Positions 1 through 11,300 of a stretch of 64,000 nt of DNA are shown piece after piece. This stretch comes from an uncultured bacterium. GTDB taxonomy: Bacteria; Acidobacteriota; HRBIN11; JAKEFK01. The notes beneath the pieces were generated by a model that did no database searches, was not told the DNA's origin, and saw nothing but the letters and a program-made list of their open reading frames with translations. The position numbers and the translations under genes are program-made. The DNA is taken from positions 384,001 through 448,000 of the forward strand of contig CAVZQN010000004.1 in the NCBI GenBank assembly GCA_963777505.1. The letters run 5' to 3'. Within the stretch, counting starts at the first letter, position 1. Each line of letters opens with the position of its first letter.

Positions 1-3000
1 ACAGCTACGTATGTTGGTGCGTCTGCTGTTGCTGTAGAACAATCGGTGGCTACTCCGATCGAACAGGAAGTGAACGGTGTGGAAGGAATGATTTACATGA
101 AATCTTCCAACACGAGTGATGGCCGAATGCAGCTTGATGTTAATTTCGAAGTCGGTACGAATCAGGATACTGCGAACGTTCTCACTCAAAACCGTGTTTC
201 CTCTGCACAAGCGCGTTTACCGCAGGAAGTGATTGCGCAAGGTGTTACTGTCAAGAAACAAAGTCCCAGCATTTTGATGGTTATTTCTGTCGGTTCACCG
301 AACCAAAGCTATGACGCGAACTTCCTGATCAACTATTGCAGTATTAATTTGCGGGATCAGCTTCTCCGAATTCCTGGAATTGCTCAGGTTGATCTTTTCG
401 GTGGCTCAGATTATGGAATGCGAGTATGGCTTCTTCCGGATAAGCTTGCCACTTTTCAGCTAACACCATCGGATGTGATTAATGCAATCAAGGAACAGAA
501 CCTTCAGGCTCCCGGAGGCCGAGTTGGCATGTCGCCTTCACCAAAAGATCAAGCGTTTACATACACTGTGAGTGCTCCTGGACGTCTTGTAACTCCGGCA
601 GAATTCAGCAATATCATCATCCGCGAAACGGAAACAGGCGCACAAGTCCGAATAAAAGATATAGGGAGAGTCGAGCTCGGTTCGCAGGACTATAACTCTT
701 TTGGAAGACTCAATGGAAAGCCGGCCGGCTCGATGGCAGTTTATCTTCTTCCGGGAGCGAATCAGCTTGAAGCATCCGAAACGATCTATGAAACGATGCG
801 CCATGCAAAGGAATTGTTTCCGCCCGATATGAATTATGAAATCGTTTATGATACAACTCCGGCCGTAGAAGCCTCGATTCACGAGATTGAGAAAACGTTT
901 GTTGAAGCTCTAATACTTGTCACGTTCGTTGTTTTCATCTTCCTCCAAAATGTTCGTGCAACCATCATTCCTCTCCTGACTGTTCCGGTTTCACTGATCG
1001 GGACTTTCATATTTTTTCCTATGCTTGGATTTTCTGTAAACACGTTATCGATGTTTGGTTTGGTGCTGGCAATTGGAATTGTTGTTGATGACGCAATTGT
1101 CGTAGTTGAAGCTGTTATGCACCACATTGAACATGGCATGGGTCCAAAGGAAGCGACACAGCAAGCGATGAAGGAAGTGTCTAGTGCGGTTATAGGAATT
1201 GCATTGATTCTTTGTGCTGTATTCATTCCTGTTGCTTTCTTGGGAGGCTTGACCGGTAGAATGTACCAGCAATTCGCTTTAACGATTGCGATCTCGGTTT
1301 TGCTTTCTGCTTTCAACGCACTATCGCTTACTCCTGCTCTTGTCAGCAATGCTTCTTAAACCAGCAAAACCCGGGCCTGCAAGGGGACCACTGGGGAAAT
1401 TCTTTGCTCTCTTTAATCGCGGGTTTGACAAAACCACGAAGGGATATGTCAGCGTTTCCAGGTTGCTTGTACGCAGAGCGATTCTGAGCATTGCGCTTAT
1501 TGGTGTGGTGATCGTTGGCGTAGGATTGCTCGGAAAGCAATTGCCTGCGGGTTTTATTCCTGAAGAAGATCAGGGCATTCTGGGTGTCAATGTGCAGCTT
1601 CCACCTGCAGCTTCCCTTGAGCGCACAAGCGCCGTGCTGGCGCAAGTCGAACAAATTATTGGCAAGACAGAAGGTGTTCAAGCTTTTACAACGATTGGCG
1701 GTTATGGTGTTGTCACAAGTACATATCAGCCGAATTTCGGCACTGTCTTTGCGCGATTGAAACCATGGGAAGAGCGCCAAACAGAGGAGCTGAAGATAAA
1801 AGGACTGATGGCAAATCTTCAGAAACAGTTCGCACAGATTCCTGAAGCAATCATTTTTCCATTCAACATTCCAACTATTTCAGGTTTTGGAGCTTCGGCT
1901 GGATTTAATTTTCTGTTGCAAGACAGAAGTGGAACGTTGAGCGTGCCGCAGCTGGGTGAGCAGACACGGATATTCCTTGAAGAAGCGCGCAAACGACCGG
2001 AAATTGGAAACTTATTTACCTCGTTTGATCCACGCTATCCGCAAGTCAAAGTGGAACTGGATCGTGAAAAGGCTCGCAAGCTGGGAGTTCCAGTGAATGA
2101 AGTTTTCCAGGCAATGTCATCCGTTTTGGGCGGCTCATATGTAAATGACTTTAATCGCTTCGGGCGGCTGTACCGCGTCTACGTTCAAGCGGAATCAGAT
2201 TATCGCCGCAAGCCTGAAAATATCGGCGAGATTTATGTGAAGAGTAAAACTACAGGAGACATGATTCCGTTATCAACCATGATGAATGTTACAACGGAAT
2301 CGGGTACAGAAATTACAACCCGTTTCAACTTATTCCGTTCTGTAGAAATCAATGGTGTACCCGGCGGTGGTTACACTTCAGGACAGGCTCTTGCAGCGTT
2401 GGAAGATACTTTCAACAAAAAGATGCCGAAGGAAATGGGTTTTGCATATAATCAGTTGTCTTATCAAGAAAAAGTAGCGCCTCCTGCCACCCCAACATTT
2501 ATCCTTGCGATTGTTTTCGTATTCCTTCTCCTGGCAGCCATGTATGAAAGCTGGAAACTTCCATGGGCTGTCTTGCTTGGATCGCCGCTCGTTGCCCTGG
2601 GAGCATTCTTTGGAGTATGGATGATGGGTTACGACAACAATGTTTATGTGCAGATCGGTTTGATCATGCTCATTGGTTTGGCGGCAAAGAATGCGATCTT
2701 GATTGTTGAGTTTGCAAAAGCCAAGCATGAAGAAGGAATGTCTGTTGAAGACGCAGCGCTGGAATCTGCCCGCCTTCGGTTCCGCCCCATTCTCATGACA
2801 GCTTTTGCCTTTATTCTGGGAGTTGTTCCGTTAATGCTTGCCAGCGGCTCCGGGTCCGGTGCTCAAAACGTGATGGGAACCGCTGTATTTTGGGGAATGT
2901 TGGTCGCCACTGTACTCGGTGTATTTCTGATTCCTGGAAATTTTGCATTCGTTCAGGCATTGGGAGCAAAAAAGCGCAAGCCTGTGCCGACCCCTGAGCC

Positions 3001-3034
3001 ACCCAAGCCAGCAGTCGCTCATGGAGAACACTGA
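1..3034 (+). CDS. RND efflux permease (AcrB/HAE1 family), 5'-truncated by the window edge, single frameshift near 1340
   Basis: Frame open from base 1 (TATYVGASAVAVEQSVATPIEQ); motifs GIVVDDAIVVVE, GLAAKNAILIVEFA and RFRPILMT; ORFs 46-1359 and 1286-3034 join as ...LSLTPAL/SAMLLKP if one base is removed at gctcttgtca. Confidence 0.93.
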
Positions 3035-3035
3035 G

Positions 3036-4478
3036 ATGAAATGGGTAATCGGTCTAATCGTAGTACTGACTCTGTCTCTTAGCGCTTGCAAACTTGGTCC
3101 TGATTACGTTCGTCCGCCTGTTAAACCACCTGATGCGTGGAAAGAGGACGTTCCACTTGATGCCACACTCGCAAATGTTCCATGGTTTGATCTTTTTCAG
3201 GATCCGCAATTGCAAGAATTAATCCGAATTGCTCTTGAAGAAAATAAAGATTTGAAAATTGCAGTCGAACGGATCGAAGAAGCGCGTGCTTTTTACGGAT
3301 TTCAAAAAGCAGATCTTTATCCACAGGTAGATGCTAACGCTTCGGCTGCAGGAGTGGAACTAAGCCATGACAGCGTCAGCAAAATACCGGAAGATATCGA
3401 TACATCAAAACCTCTATACCAGTTTAGTGCGAGCGTATTTTGGGAACTGGATTTTTTTGGAAGAATAAGGCGTGCAACCGAAGCGGAAAAAGCACTTTTG
3501 TTATCTACGGAAGAAGGACGACGATTTGCGGTAATCAGTATTGTTGCAGCGGTAGCGCAAGCGTATGTGGAACTGCGTGATCTGGATCTCAGATTGGAAA
3601 TTTCCCGCGGTACTCTGAAATCGCGCGAAGAGTACGTCGCACTCGCAAAACTTCGTTTCGAAGGTGGGAGGACTTCCGAACTGGATTGGAGACAGGCTGA
3701 GGCGGAATACTATCGAACTCTTGCAATTGTTCACGATTTTGAGGCACTCGTTGTGCAAAAGGAAAATGAAATATCTGTTCTGCTGGGACGCAATCCCTCG
3801 CTAATCATAAGAGGCCGCAGGATAGATGAAGAGATCGTGCCACCAGAAATTCCTGTTGGATTACCATCAACTCTTTTAGAGCGGCGGCCCGATATTCTTG
3901 AGGCGGAACAAATATTAATCTCATCGAATGCAAGAATTGGTGAAGCAAAGGCTCTACTTTTTCCACGCATCTCTCTCACCGGGTTCTTTGGTTTTGAAAG
4001 TACAGAGCTTGGAGATCTTGTAGAAGCGCCCGCGAGAGCATGGTCAATTGGCGCTAATCTGATTCAACCTATTTTCAACGCTGGAAAAAACCAACGCAGA
4101 GTTGAAGTAACGGAATCACAATTTCGCCAGACACTCTATGCATATGAATCTGTAATCATTCAGGCTTTCCGCGAAGTCGAAGATTCCTTGATCGATTTTC
4201 AAAAATCAGGGGAGCGCCGGCTTGCACAAACTGCGCGAGTTGTAGCTGAACGCAGAGTACTTGAACTTGCGGAGGTTCGCTACAGAGGCGGTGTCTCAGA
4301 TTATTTAGAAGTATTGGATTCACAGCGTTCTTTATTCGATGCAGAATTAGATTCTGTTCAAAGTATCAGTGATCAACTTGTATCATTGGTGCGTTTGTAC
4401 AAAGCATTGGGCGGTGGTTGGACTACTCCCAATGAAACAACGATGCCGGCGGAAGAACAATCCCCGGCAGCTCAATAG
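3036..4478 (+). CDS. Efflux outer-membrane factor lipoprotein (NodT/OprM family)
   Basis: ATG 3036, lipobox LSAC, motifs WELDFFGRIRR, LLERRPDILEAEQ and LYKALGGGW; follows the RND gene. Confidence 0.93.
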   Translation: MKWVIGLIVVLTLSLSACKLGPDYVRPPVKPPDAWKEDVPLDATLANVPWFDLFQDPQLQELIRIALEENKDLKIAVERIEEARAFYGFQKADLYPQVDANASAAGVELSHDSVSKIPEDIDTSKPLYQFSASVFWELDFFGRIRRATEAEKALLLSTEEGRRFAVISIVAAVAQAYVELRDLDLRLEISRGTLKSREEYVALAKLRFEGGRTSELDWRQAEAEYYRTLAIVHDFEALVVQKENEISVLLGRNPSLIIRGRRIDEEIVPPEIPVGLPSTLLERRPDILEAEQILISSNARIGEAKALLFPRISLTGFFGFESTELGDLVEAPARAWSIGANLIQPIFNAGKNQRRVEVTESQFRQTLYAYESVIIQAFREVEDSLIDFQKSGERRLAQTARVVAERRVLELAEVRYRGGVSDYLEVLDSQRSLFDAELDSVQSISDQLVSLVRLYKALGGGWTTPNETTMPAEEQSPAAQ

Positions 4479-4503
4479 CATTTTCGAATTAGGAGGTTTT
4501 GTA

Positions 4504-5062
4504 ATGAAGATTTTCAAAAAAGCAACTTTTGGCATTGTAGGCATCTTTTTAATGATGTTTGCCGGTGCTGCGTTAGCTCAGGATGTAAACACAGATCACG
4601 ATAAGGCTTTCGATTTCAAAACTCTGAAAACTTTTTCGGTAAAGGTTGGAACAGCATGGGGTAACCCTCTGGGTGAAAAACGTGTTGTTAGTGAAATAGA
4701 AACAGCGTTGACTCAAAAGAGGTTGGACAAAAGCGGCCGATGAAGCATCCGCAAATGCAATCGTTGTCCTTCATGGCGCAACAGAGGATAAGAAGGATCT
4801 GAATACATTCTATTCCGGTTACGGTGGCTATGGTGGTTATGGTTGGGGAGGCTGGGGCGGAATGTCTACCGCTCACACGACCGTTCATGAGTACAGAGTA
4901 GGCACTTTGGTAGTGGATATCTTTGACGCGAAATCCAAAGCACTTGTTTTTCGCGGTATTGCTCAGGACGAACTTTCAGATAAACCAGAAAAAAATCAGA
5001 AAAAAGCTCAAAAAGCCGCTGAGAAAATGTTTAAGGATTTTCCTCCCGGATCAAAATCCTAA
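4504..5062 (+). CDS. DUF4136-like periplasmic protein, frameshift near 4718
   Basis: RBS aggagg, signal peptide AALA-QD; joined frames read TQKGWTK...YGGYGGYGWGGW...EYRVGTLVVDIFDAKSKALVFRG...KMFKDFPP. Confidence 0.75.
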
Positions 5063-5074
5063 TAGTACACACCT

Positions 5075-5117
5075 AACCGCAGAGGCACTGAGCTCATTAC
5101 TTTGTGTCTCTGCGGTT
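5075..5117. repeat. Intergenic hairpin / REP-like palindrome
   Basis: aaccgcagaggcac...gtgtctctgcggtt inverted repeat; related copies at 18411-18466 and a half-copy near 20665-20686. Confidence 0.6.
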
Positions 5118-5124
5118 TCCTACC

Positions 5125-5160
5125 CTCCGTAATTCCGTAGATAGCTCCTTTATTCCGTGG
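5125..5160. promoter_or_regulatory. Tandem 16-bp palindromic operator/enhancer, copy A
   Basis: CTCCGTAATTCCGTAG-n4-CTCCTTTATTCCGTGG; same architecture at four other intergenic loci. Confidence 0.7.
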
Positions 5161-5258
5161 GAATCTGGTTCATTCTTTGAATCGCCAACTCAGGCTGCCC
5201 ATCTCCTAACTAACTCTAATACAACAACTTAGACAGCACGATTCTTGCGAATGTATGA

Positions 5259-5273
5259 TGGCACCTCGTTTGC
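5259..5273 (+). promoter_or_regulatory. sigma54 (-24/-12) promoter
   Basis: TGGCAC-CTCGT-TTGC, exact consensus; IHF-like core CAA-N4-TTA at about 5222-5231 lies between operator and promoter. Confidence 0.75.
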
Positions 5274-5286
5274 CAATTAGCAAAAC

Positions 5287-5613
5287 ATGATACTCATGAA
5301 TTTAAGAATAGTGCCGGTTCCTTATCGAACAGCTGAACTGATTGATGCTTTGCGACTGCACATGGGCCGGACACAAGTTCAACCTGGATGTATCCGATGC
5401 CGCATTAGCCAGGATTCAGAACAAAAGAACATCGTTCTTTATCAAGAGGAATGGAACACCTGGGAGGAACTTGATAAACACATTTGCTCTGATCGTTTTT
5501 CTTGGATTTTGGAATTGATGGAGCAGTCGAGCAATATGCCGGATCTCAATTTCTGTGACGTTCATGAAACTCGGGGAATTGAATACATCAAGAAATTACG
5601 CAAGGTGAACTAA
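5287..5613 (+). CDS. Antibiotic biosynthesis monooxygenase (ABM)/quinol monooxygenase-like protein
   Basis: 108 aa; pattern TQVQPGCIRC...LYQEEW...LDKHICS typical of the ABM fold. Confidence 0.7.
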   Translation: MILMNLRIVPVPYRTAELIDALRLHMGRTQVQPGCIRCRISQDSEQKNIVLYQEEWNTWEELDKHICSDRFSWILELMEQSSNMPDLNFCDVHETRGIEYIKKLRKVN

Positions 5614-5633
5614 AAGAATTTTGTGGAGAATAA

Positions 5634-6758
5634 GTGATGGAGTGTTCAAAAGCAGTAATTCCAAATCGATGTAAAAGAGAAATCATTAAAACTTTGATCC
5701 ATGATTTTTCAAAATGGCACAGTTTGTTCATTATTGTGCTCTTTTTTTTGTTGGCGCCATTTTCGTTATTCGCGTATGAGTTCAATGATTCACACTTTCA
5801 TTTGACCAGTTATATTCAGGAAGGGACAGACATTCATGAATTCGTAAAAATAATGGGAACGACTGTTGGCCGTTCTACTTTATTCGGAATTCCGTTGCAG
5901 CAGCAATGGGCCTACGGAAACACGGGCGATTTTGCTCCGACTTACTATCTTCAAACGGATGCTCCGCTTTATTACTACTCCTTTACAGATGCCCACATTG
6001 CGACGGCATATAAGTCTTTGAATCCCGAACAGCAGGCGCGTCTGGATCCGATGATTACCGGATTCAATCCTACAGACATGTATGCAGCTGATCATATCCG
6101 GCGCGTGCTTCAAACATTCCCTGGAGTGTTTACGGGCATCGGTGAATTTACTATTCACAAAGAGTTCGTCTCATCAAAAATTGCTGGTGATACTGCAAGC
6201 CTGACAAATCCGGCCTTAGACAAGATTCTGGACTTCGCAGCAGAAGCAGGGTTGGTTGCGATTCTTCACAACGATATCAATATGCCGTTTCCCAAACCGG
6301 ATCAGGAGCCATACATGCTCGTGCAATTAAAAGAGCTATTTATGCGGCATCCGAAAACGACAATCATCTGGGCCCACATTGGTCTGGGGAGAATTGTCCG
6401 TCCTGTAGACGAACAAGCTGCATTGATTGAACGTGCTCTCAACAACAAAGAAATGAGTCACGTTTACTTTGACATTTCATGGGACGAAGTAGCGAAATAC
6501 GCTGTTGCTACTCCCGAAGCTACAAAAACAGTCGCAGATTTGATCAATCGATTTCCGGACCGCTTCCTGTTTGGGACCGATGTGGTCGCGCCTAAAAACG
6601 TAAAAGCGATGACGGATGTGTTCCATATATATGATCCCGTCTGGAAGTTACTTACCAAAGAAGCAAGCCACAAAGTTCGGATCGGAAATTATGAGCGGCT
6701 ATTTAATGACGCCAGGACAAAAGTCAGAGCCTGGGAAAAAGTAAATATACGGAGATAA
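5634..6758 (+). CDS. Secreted amidohydrolase-superfamily metalloenzyme (start uncertain)
   Basis: Hydrophobic signal ending SLFA-YEF; DSHFH (HxH), GIGE, LHND, WAHIG and FGTD metal ligands. Confidence 0.82.
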   Translation: MMECSKAVIPNRCKREIIKTLIHDFSKWHSLFIIVLFFLLAPFSLFAYEFNDSHFHLTSYIQEGTDIHEFVKIMGTTVGRSTLFGIPLQQQWAYGNTGDFAPTYYLQTDAPLYYYSFTDAHIATAYKSLNPEQQARLDPMITGFNPTDMYAADHIRRVLQTFPGVFTGIGEFTIHKEFVSSKIAGDTASLTNPALDKILDFAAEAGLVAILHNDINMPFPKPDQEPYMLVQLKELFMRHPKTTIIWAHIGLGRIVRPVDEQAALIERALNNKEMSHVYFDISWDEVAKYAVATPEATKTVADLINRFPDRFLFGTDVVAPKNVKAMTDVFHIYDPVWKLLTKEASHKVRIGNYERLFNDARTKVRAWEKVNIRR

Positions 6759-6762
6759 ACAG

Positions 6763-8073
6763 ATGAGATATAGAGCCAAGTTTTCTTACATCAACATCGG
6801 GTGGCTGTGGGGATTCGTTTTAATATTTTTCCTCGCGCCATCCATATACGCAGAAGCAAATGAGGTCGAATCTTTTGATTTAGTGGCTTCTGCATCATTG
6901 GATGATGCTGCAGCGCAGGATGCTGAGACAGTTGAAGCAAAACCAAAATTTGATATTTACGGTTTTGCAATGTTGGACACCGGATATCAAACCGGACAAA
7001 ACGATCCGAATTGGTTTGATGTTGTAAGGCCGACAAAACTTCCTTCTTTTGACGATGAGTTTGGCGAAGATGGCCGCTGGTTCGCAGGAGTTCGTCAATC
7101 GCGTTTTGGTGCGAAGGCTTACTTCCCAACAGATCTTGGCGAATTAAGAACAACATTTGAATTCGAATTATTTGGTACAGGTGTAGATCAGGGACAGACG
7201 ACATTTCGTTTGCGACATGCATATGGTGAGCTAGGTCAATTTGGTGCAGGCCAATACTGGAGCCCGTTCATGGATATCGATGTGTTCCCAAATACGATTG
7301 AGTATTGGGGACCAACCGGAATGGTATTCTTTCGGAACGTTCAAGTACGCTGGATGCCGATCCAGGGTGATTCACGTTTGACGATAGCAGTTGAGCGGCC
7401 TGGTGCCAGTGCGGATGCCGGCTCCATCGCAGACCGTATCGAACTTCAAGGTGTTCGCGGACGATTTCCAGTGCCAGATATTTCTGCTGAGTACCGCTAT
7501 GGCGGAAATAGCTGGGGCTATGTCGAAGCGGCAGGAATTTTCAGAAAGATGTACATAGATGATACCAATACGGATGAATTTGATCTGGATCAGGATTTAA
7601 CCGGTTGGGGCATTAATTTAAGTTCAAACCTGAAATTCGGAAACGATACGCTTCGACTTCAATACGTTTTTGGTGAAGGCATTCAAAACTACATGAATGA
7701 TGCGCCGGTTGATGTTGGAGCGAAGAGCAATCCTGGAAACGTCGTAACGCCAGTTGAAGGTGAAGCGCTTCCACTTCAAGGACTCGTTATTTTTTATGAC
7801 CACACCTGGGGTGATGGTGACTGGACCACTTCAGTCGGCTATTCAATGATCGACATTGAAAATAGTGATCTGCAATTAGCAAGCGCTTTTAAGGCCGGTC
7901 ATTACGCAATCGGCAACCTTCTTTACTATCCCGCACCGAACGTGATGATGGGCGGCGAACTTCAATGGGGCCGCAGAGAAAACTTCGCTGATGGCTTTGA
8001 AGTCGATGATTTTCGCATTCAATTCTCATTCAAATATAACTTTTCGGTCTCTTTAGGAGGTAACGAATTATGA
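6763..8073 (+). CDS. DcaP-like outer-membrane porin
   Basis: Signal peptide; DIYGFAM, RQSRFG, FRLRHAYG and GQYWSPFMD motifs; amphipathic beta strands ending FSFKYNF. Confidence 0.8.
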   Translation: MRYRAKFSYINIGWLWGFVLIFFLAPSIYAEANEVESFDLVASASLDDAAAQDAETVEAKPKFDIYGFAMLDTGYQTGQNDPNWFDVVRPTKLPSFDDEFGEDGRWFAGVRQSRFGAKAYFPTDLGELRTTFEFELFGTGVDQGQTTFRLRHAYGELGQFGAGQYWSPFMDIDVFPNTIEYWGPTGMVFFRNVQVRWMPIQGDSRLTIAVERPGASADAGSIADRIELQGVRGRFPVPDISAEYRYGGNSWGYVEAAGIFRKMYIDDTNTDEFDLDQDLTGWGINLSSNLKFGNDTLRLQYVFGEGIQNYMNDAPVDVGAKSNPGNVVTPVEGEALPLQGLVIFYDHTWGDGDWTTSVGYSMIDIENSDLQLASAFKAGHYAIGNLLYYPAPNVMMGGELQWGRRENFADGFEVDDFRIQFSFKYNFSVSLGGNEL

Positions 8074-11000
8074 GCAGCGTAATGCGATATATAAAACAAC
8101 CATGGCTACTGCTGCTTGTAATAGCCATGTTTACAGTCACATCAGCACAAGCTCAAACCGCTGATGAGATTAATGCTGCACTGAAAGCAGCATATGACAA
8201 ATACTTGACTCTTCAAGAGGGTAAAAATGCTGACTATATTCCTGCACTTGCAAAAGTAGATCCAAATGTTTTTGGAATCGCGTTGGTGACAACCGATGGA
8301 AAGGTCTACACAACAGGAGACATTACGACCGAAGTATCGATCCAATCGATTTCTAAAGTTTTCACAATGGCTCAGGTGATTCAGGAACAAGGATTGGATC
8401 AAATCAGAAATACGATCGGTGTTGATGCAACAGGCGCGCGATTCAATTCGATCATCGCAGTCGAAGGAGTTCGCACAGTTGTTGGCACCGGAGCTCCGGA
8501 AATGAATCCGTTAGTAAATGCAGGCGCAATTTCATCGACCGGTATGGTAAAAGGAGCAAATGCCGATGAGATTTGGAACAAGATCATAGGAATTCATAAT
8601 GATTGTGCCGGGCGTCAGCTTACAGTACTGCAAGATGTTTACAAGTCTGAATCAGATTCGAATCAACGCAACCAGGCAATTGGCGCATTGATGCTTGCGT
8701 ATGGTTACATCAAGACCGATTGGGAACGTGCAGTGGATCTCTACACGCGGCAATGTTCTATCGGCGTGAATGCAAAAGATTTAGCATCAATGGCGGGAAC
8801 ACTCGCAAACGGCGGTAAAAATCCTGTAACTGGCAAACAAGTAATCGATGCGGAGAAAGTTCCAGGAGTACTTGCCGTAATGGCAACTGCAGGTTTGTAC
8901 GATGATTCGGGCAAGTGGCTTTTTGCAACAGGACTGCCTGCGAAAAGCGGAGTTGGTGGCGGCCTCATTGCTATATCACCAGGCAAATTCGGGATCGCGG
9001 TGATCTCTCCACCACTTGATGATGCAGGAAACAGCGTTAAAGCACAGAAAGCGATCACAGATATTTCAAATGCGTTAGACGGAAATCCATACGCAGTAAC
9101 CCCGGGTGATACTGCAGATATCCAGGGAGAGGTAAAACCAAAATTTGATATTTATGGTTTTGCAATGATGGATACCGGATATCAAAGCGGACAAAACGAT
9201 CCGAATTGGTTTGATGTTGTAAGGCCGACAAAACTTCCTTCTTTTGAAGATGAGTTTGGCGAAGATGGCCGCTGGTTCGCAGGAGTTCGTCAATCGCGTT
9301 TTGGTGCGAAGGCTTACTTCCCAACAGATCTTGGCGAATTAAGAACAACATTTGAATTCGAATTATTTGGTACCGGTGTAGATCAGGGACAAACGACATT
9401 TCGTTTGCGACATGCATATGGTGAGCTAGGTCAATTTGGTGCAGGCCAATACTGGAGCCCGTTCATGGATATCGATGTGTTCCCAAATACGATTGAATAT
9501 TGGGGACCAACCGGAATGGTGTTCTTTCGGAACGTTCAAGTACGCTGGATGCCAATCCAGGGTGATTCACGGTTGACGATTGCAGTTGAGCGGCCTGGTG
9601 CCAGTGCGGATGCCGGCTCTATCGCAGACCGTATCGAACTTCAAGGTGTTCGCGGACGATTTCCAGTGCCAGATATTTCTGCTGAGTACCGCTATGGCGG
9701 AAATAGCTGGGGCTATGTCGAAGCGGCAGGAATTTTCAGAAAGATGTACATAGATGATACCAATACGGATGAATTTGATCTGGATCAGGATTTAACCGGT
9801 TGGGGCATTAATTTGAGTTCAAACCTGAAATTCGGAAACGATACGCTTCGACTTCAATACGTTTTTGGTGAAGGCATTCAAAACTACATGAATGATGCGC
9901 CGGTTGATGTTGGAGCGAAGAGCAATCCTGGAAACGTAGTAACGCCAGTTGAAGGTGAAGCGCTTCCACTTCAAGGACTCGTTATTTTTTATGACCACAC
10001 CTGGGGTGATGGTGACTGGACCACTTCAGTCGGCTATTCAATGATCGACATTGAAAATAGTGATCTGCAATTAGCAAGCGCTTTTAAGGCCGGTCATTAC
10101 GCAATCGGTAACCTTCTTTACTATCCCGCACCGAACGTAATGATGGGCGGCGAACTTCAATGGGGCCGCAGAGAAAACTTCGCTGATGGCTTTGAAGTCG
10201 ATGATTTTCGTATTCAATTCTCATTCAAATATAACTTTTCGGTCTCTTTAGGAGGTCAATAACCATGAGCAGCTCAATATTAAAATTTGCAACAAGAACA
10301 TGGCTTCTGCTGCTTGTTGTTGCAATGTTTTCAGTAACGTCAGTTGCAGGCTCAAACACCGGATCAAATTAATAGTGCCTTGAAGGCAGCGTATGACAAG
10401 TATCAAAATTTGAAAGAAGGTAAGAATGCGGACTATATTCCTGCACTTGCCAAAGTAGATCCAAATGTTTTTGGAATCGCGTTGGTGACAACCGATGGAA
10501 AGGTTTATTCAACTGGCGATCTGAAGACTGAAGTATCGATCCAATCGATCTCAAAAGTTTTTACGATGGCGCAGGTGATTCAGGAACAGGGATTGGATCA
10601 AATCAGCAAAACGATTGGTGTTGATGCAACAGGCGCGCGATTCAATTCGATCATCGCTGTGGAAGCGGTCAAGACAGTAGTTGGTACGGGAGCACCGGAG
10701 ATGAATCCGTTAGTAAATGCAGGCGCAATTTCATCGACCGGTATGGTAAAAGGAAATTCTGCTGATGAGGTCTGGGCTAAGATCATCGGAATTCATAATG
10801 ATTTTGCTGGCCGACAGCTAACTGTTCTTCAGGATGTATACAAATCGGAGGCCGACACGAACCAGCGCAACCAGGCGATTGGCGCTCTCATGCTGGCTTA
10901 TGGATACATCAAGAATAATTGGCAGCAGGCGGTTGATCTTTACACGAAGCAGTGTTCGATTGGAGTTAACGCGAAAGATTTAGCCACAATGGCCGGTACG

Positions 11001-11300
11001 CTTGCTAATGGCGGAAAAAATCCAGTTACCGGGAAAGTAATTATTGATGCCGCAAAAGTGCCCGGTGTCCTTGCAGTTATGGCGACAGCTGGTTTATACG
11101 ATGATTCCGGCAAATGGCTTTTTGCAACAGGACTGCCTGCAAAGAGCGGAGTAGGGGGCGGCATTATTGCTGTGTCACCAGGGAAATTCGGAATCGCAGT
11201 GATCTCTCCACCACTTGATGATGCAGGAAACAGCGTTAAAGCACAGAAAGTGATCACAGATATTTCAAATGCGTTAGGCGGAAATCCTTACGCTACAAGG
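6939..11300 (+). repeat. Tandem duplication of a 2195-bp porin+glutaminase unit
   Basis: 6939-8061 matches 9134-10256 with only scattered substitutions; glutaminase starts 8070 and 10265 have the same 2195 offset. Confidence 0.9.
8070..10262 (+). CDS. glsA: Glutaminase A fused to a C-terminal DcaP-like porin
   Basis: Signal peptide (AQA-QT); glutaminase motifs YIPALA, SIQSISK, NPLVNAGAI, LPAKSGVGGG and SPPLDDAGNS; short linker; then a near-identical copy of the upstream porin in one uninterrupted 730-aa ORF. Confidence 0.85.
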   Translation: MSSVMRYIKQPWLLLLVIAMFTVTSAQAQTADEINAALKAAYDKYLTLQEGKNADYIPALAKVDPNVFGIALVTTDGKVYTTGDITTEVSIQSISKVFTMAQVIQEQGLDQIRNTIGVDATGARFNSIIAVEGVRTVVGTGAPEMNPLVNAGAISSTGMVKGANADEIWNKIIGIHNDCAGRQLTVLQDVYKSESDSNQRNQAIGALMLAYGYIKTDWERAVDLYTRQCSIGVNAKDLASMAGTLANGGKNPVTGKQVIDAEKVPGVLAVMATAGLYDDSGKWLFATGLPAKSGVGGGLIAISPGKFGIAVISPPLDDAGNSVKAQKAITDISNALDGNPYAVTPGDTADIQGEVKPKFDIYGFAMMDTGYQSGQNDPNWFDVVRPTKLPSFEDEFGEDGRWFAGVRQSRFGAKAYFPTDLGELRTTFEFELFGTGVDQGQTTFRLRHAYGELGQFGAGQYWSPFMDIDVFPNTIEYWGPTGMVFFRNVQVRWMPIQGDSRLTIAVERPGASADAGSIADRIELQGVRGRFPVPDISAEYRYGGNSWGYVEAAGIFRKMYIDDTNTDEFDLDQDLTGWGINLSSNLKFGNDTLRLQYVFGEGIQNYMNDAPVDVGAKSNPGNVVTPVEGEALPLQGLVIFYDHTWGDGDWTTSVGYSMIDIENSDLQLASAFKAGHYAIGNLLYYPAPNVMMGGELQWGRRENFADGFEVDDFRIQFSFKYNFSVSLGGQ

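Noticed and set aside
1330-1350. Programmed ribosomal frameshift or split RND gene
   Set aside because: No slippery heptamer; many similar indels across the window point to sequencing error
5234-5248. Second sigma54-like motif CAGCAC-GATTC-TTGC upstream of the called promoter
   Set aside because: Lacks the invariant -24 GG
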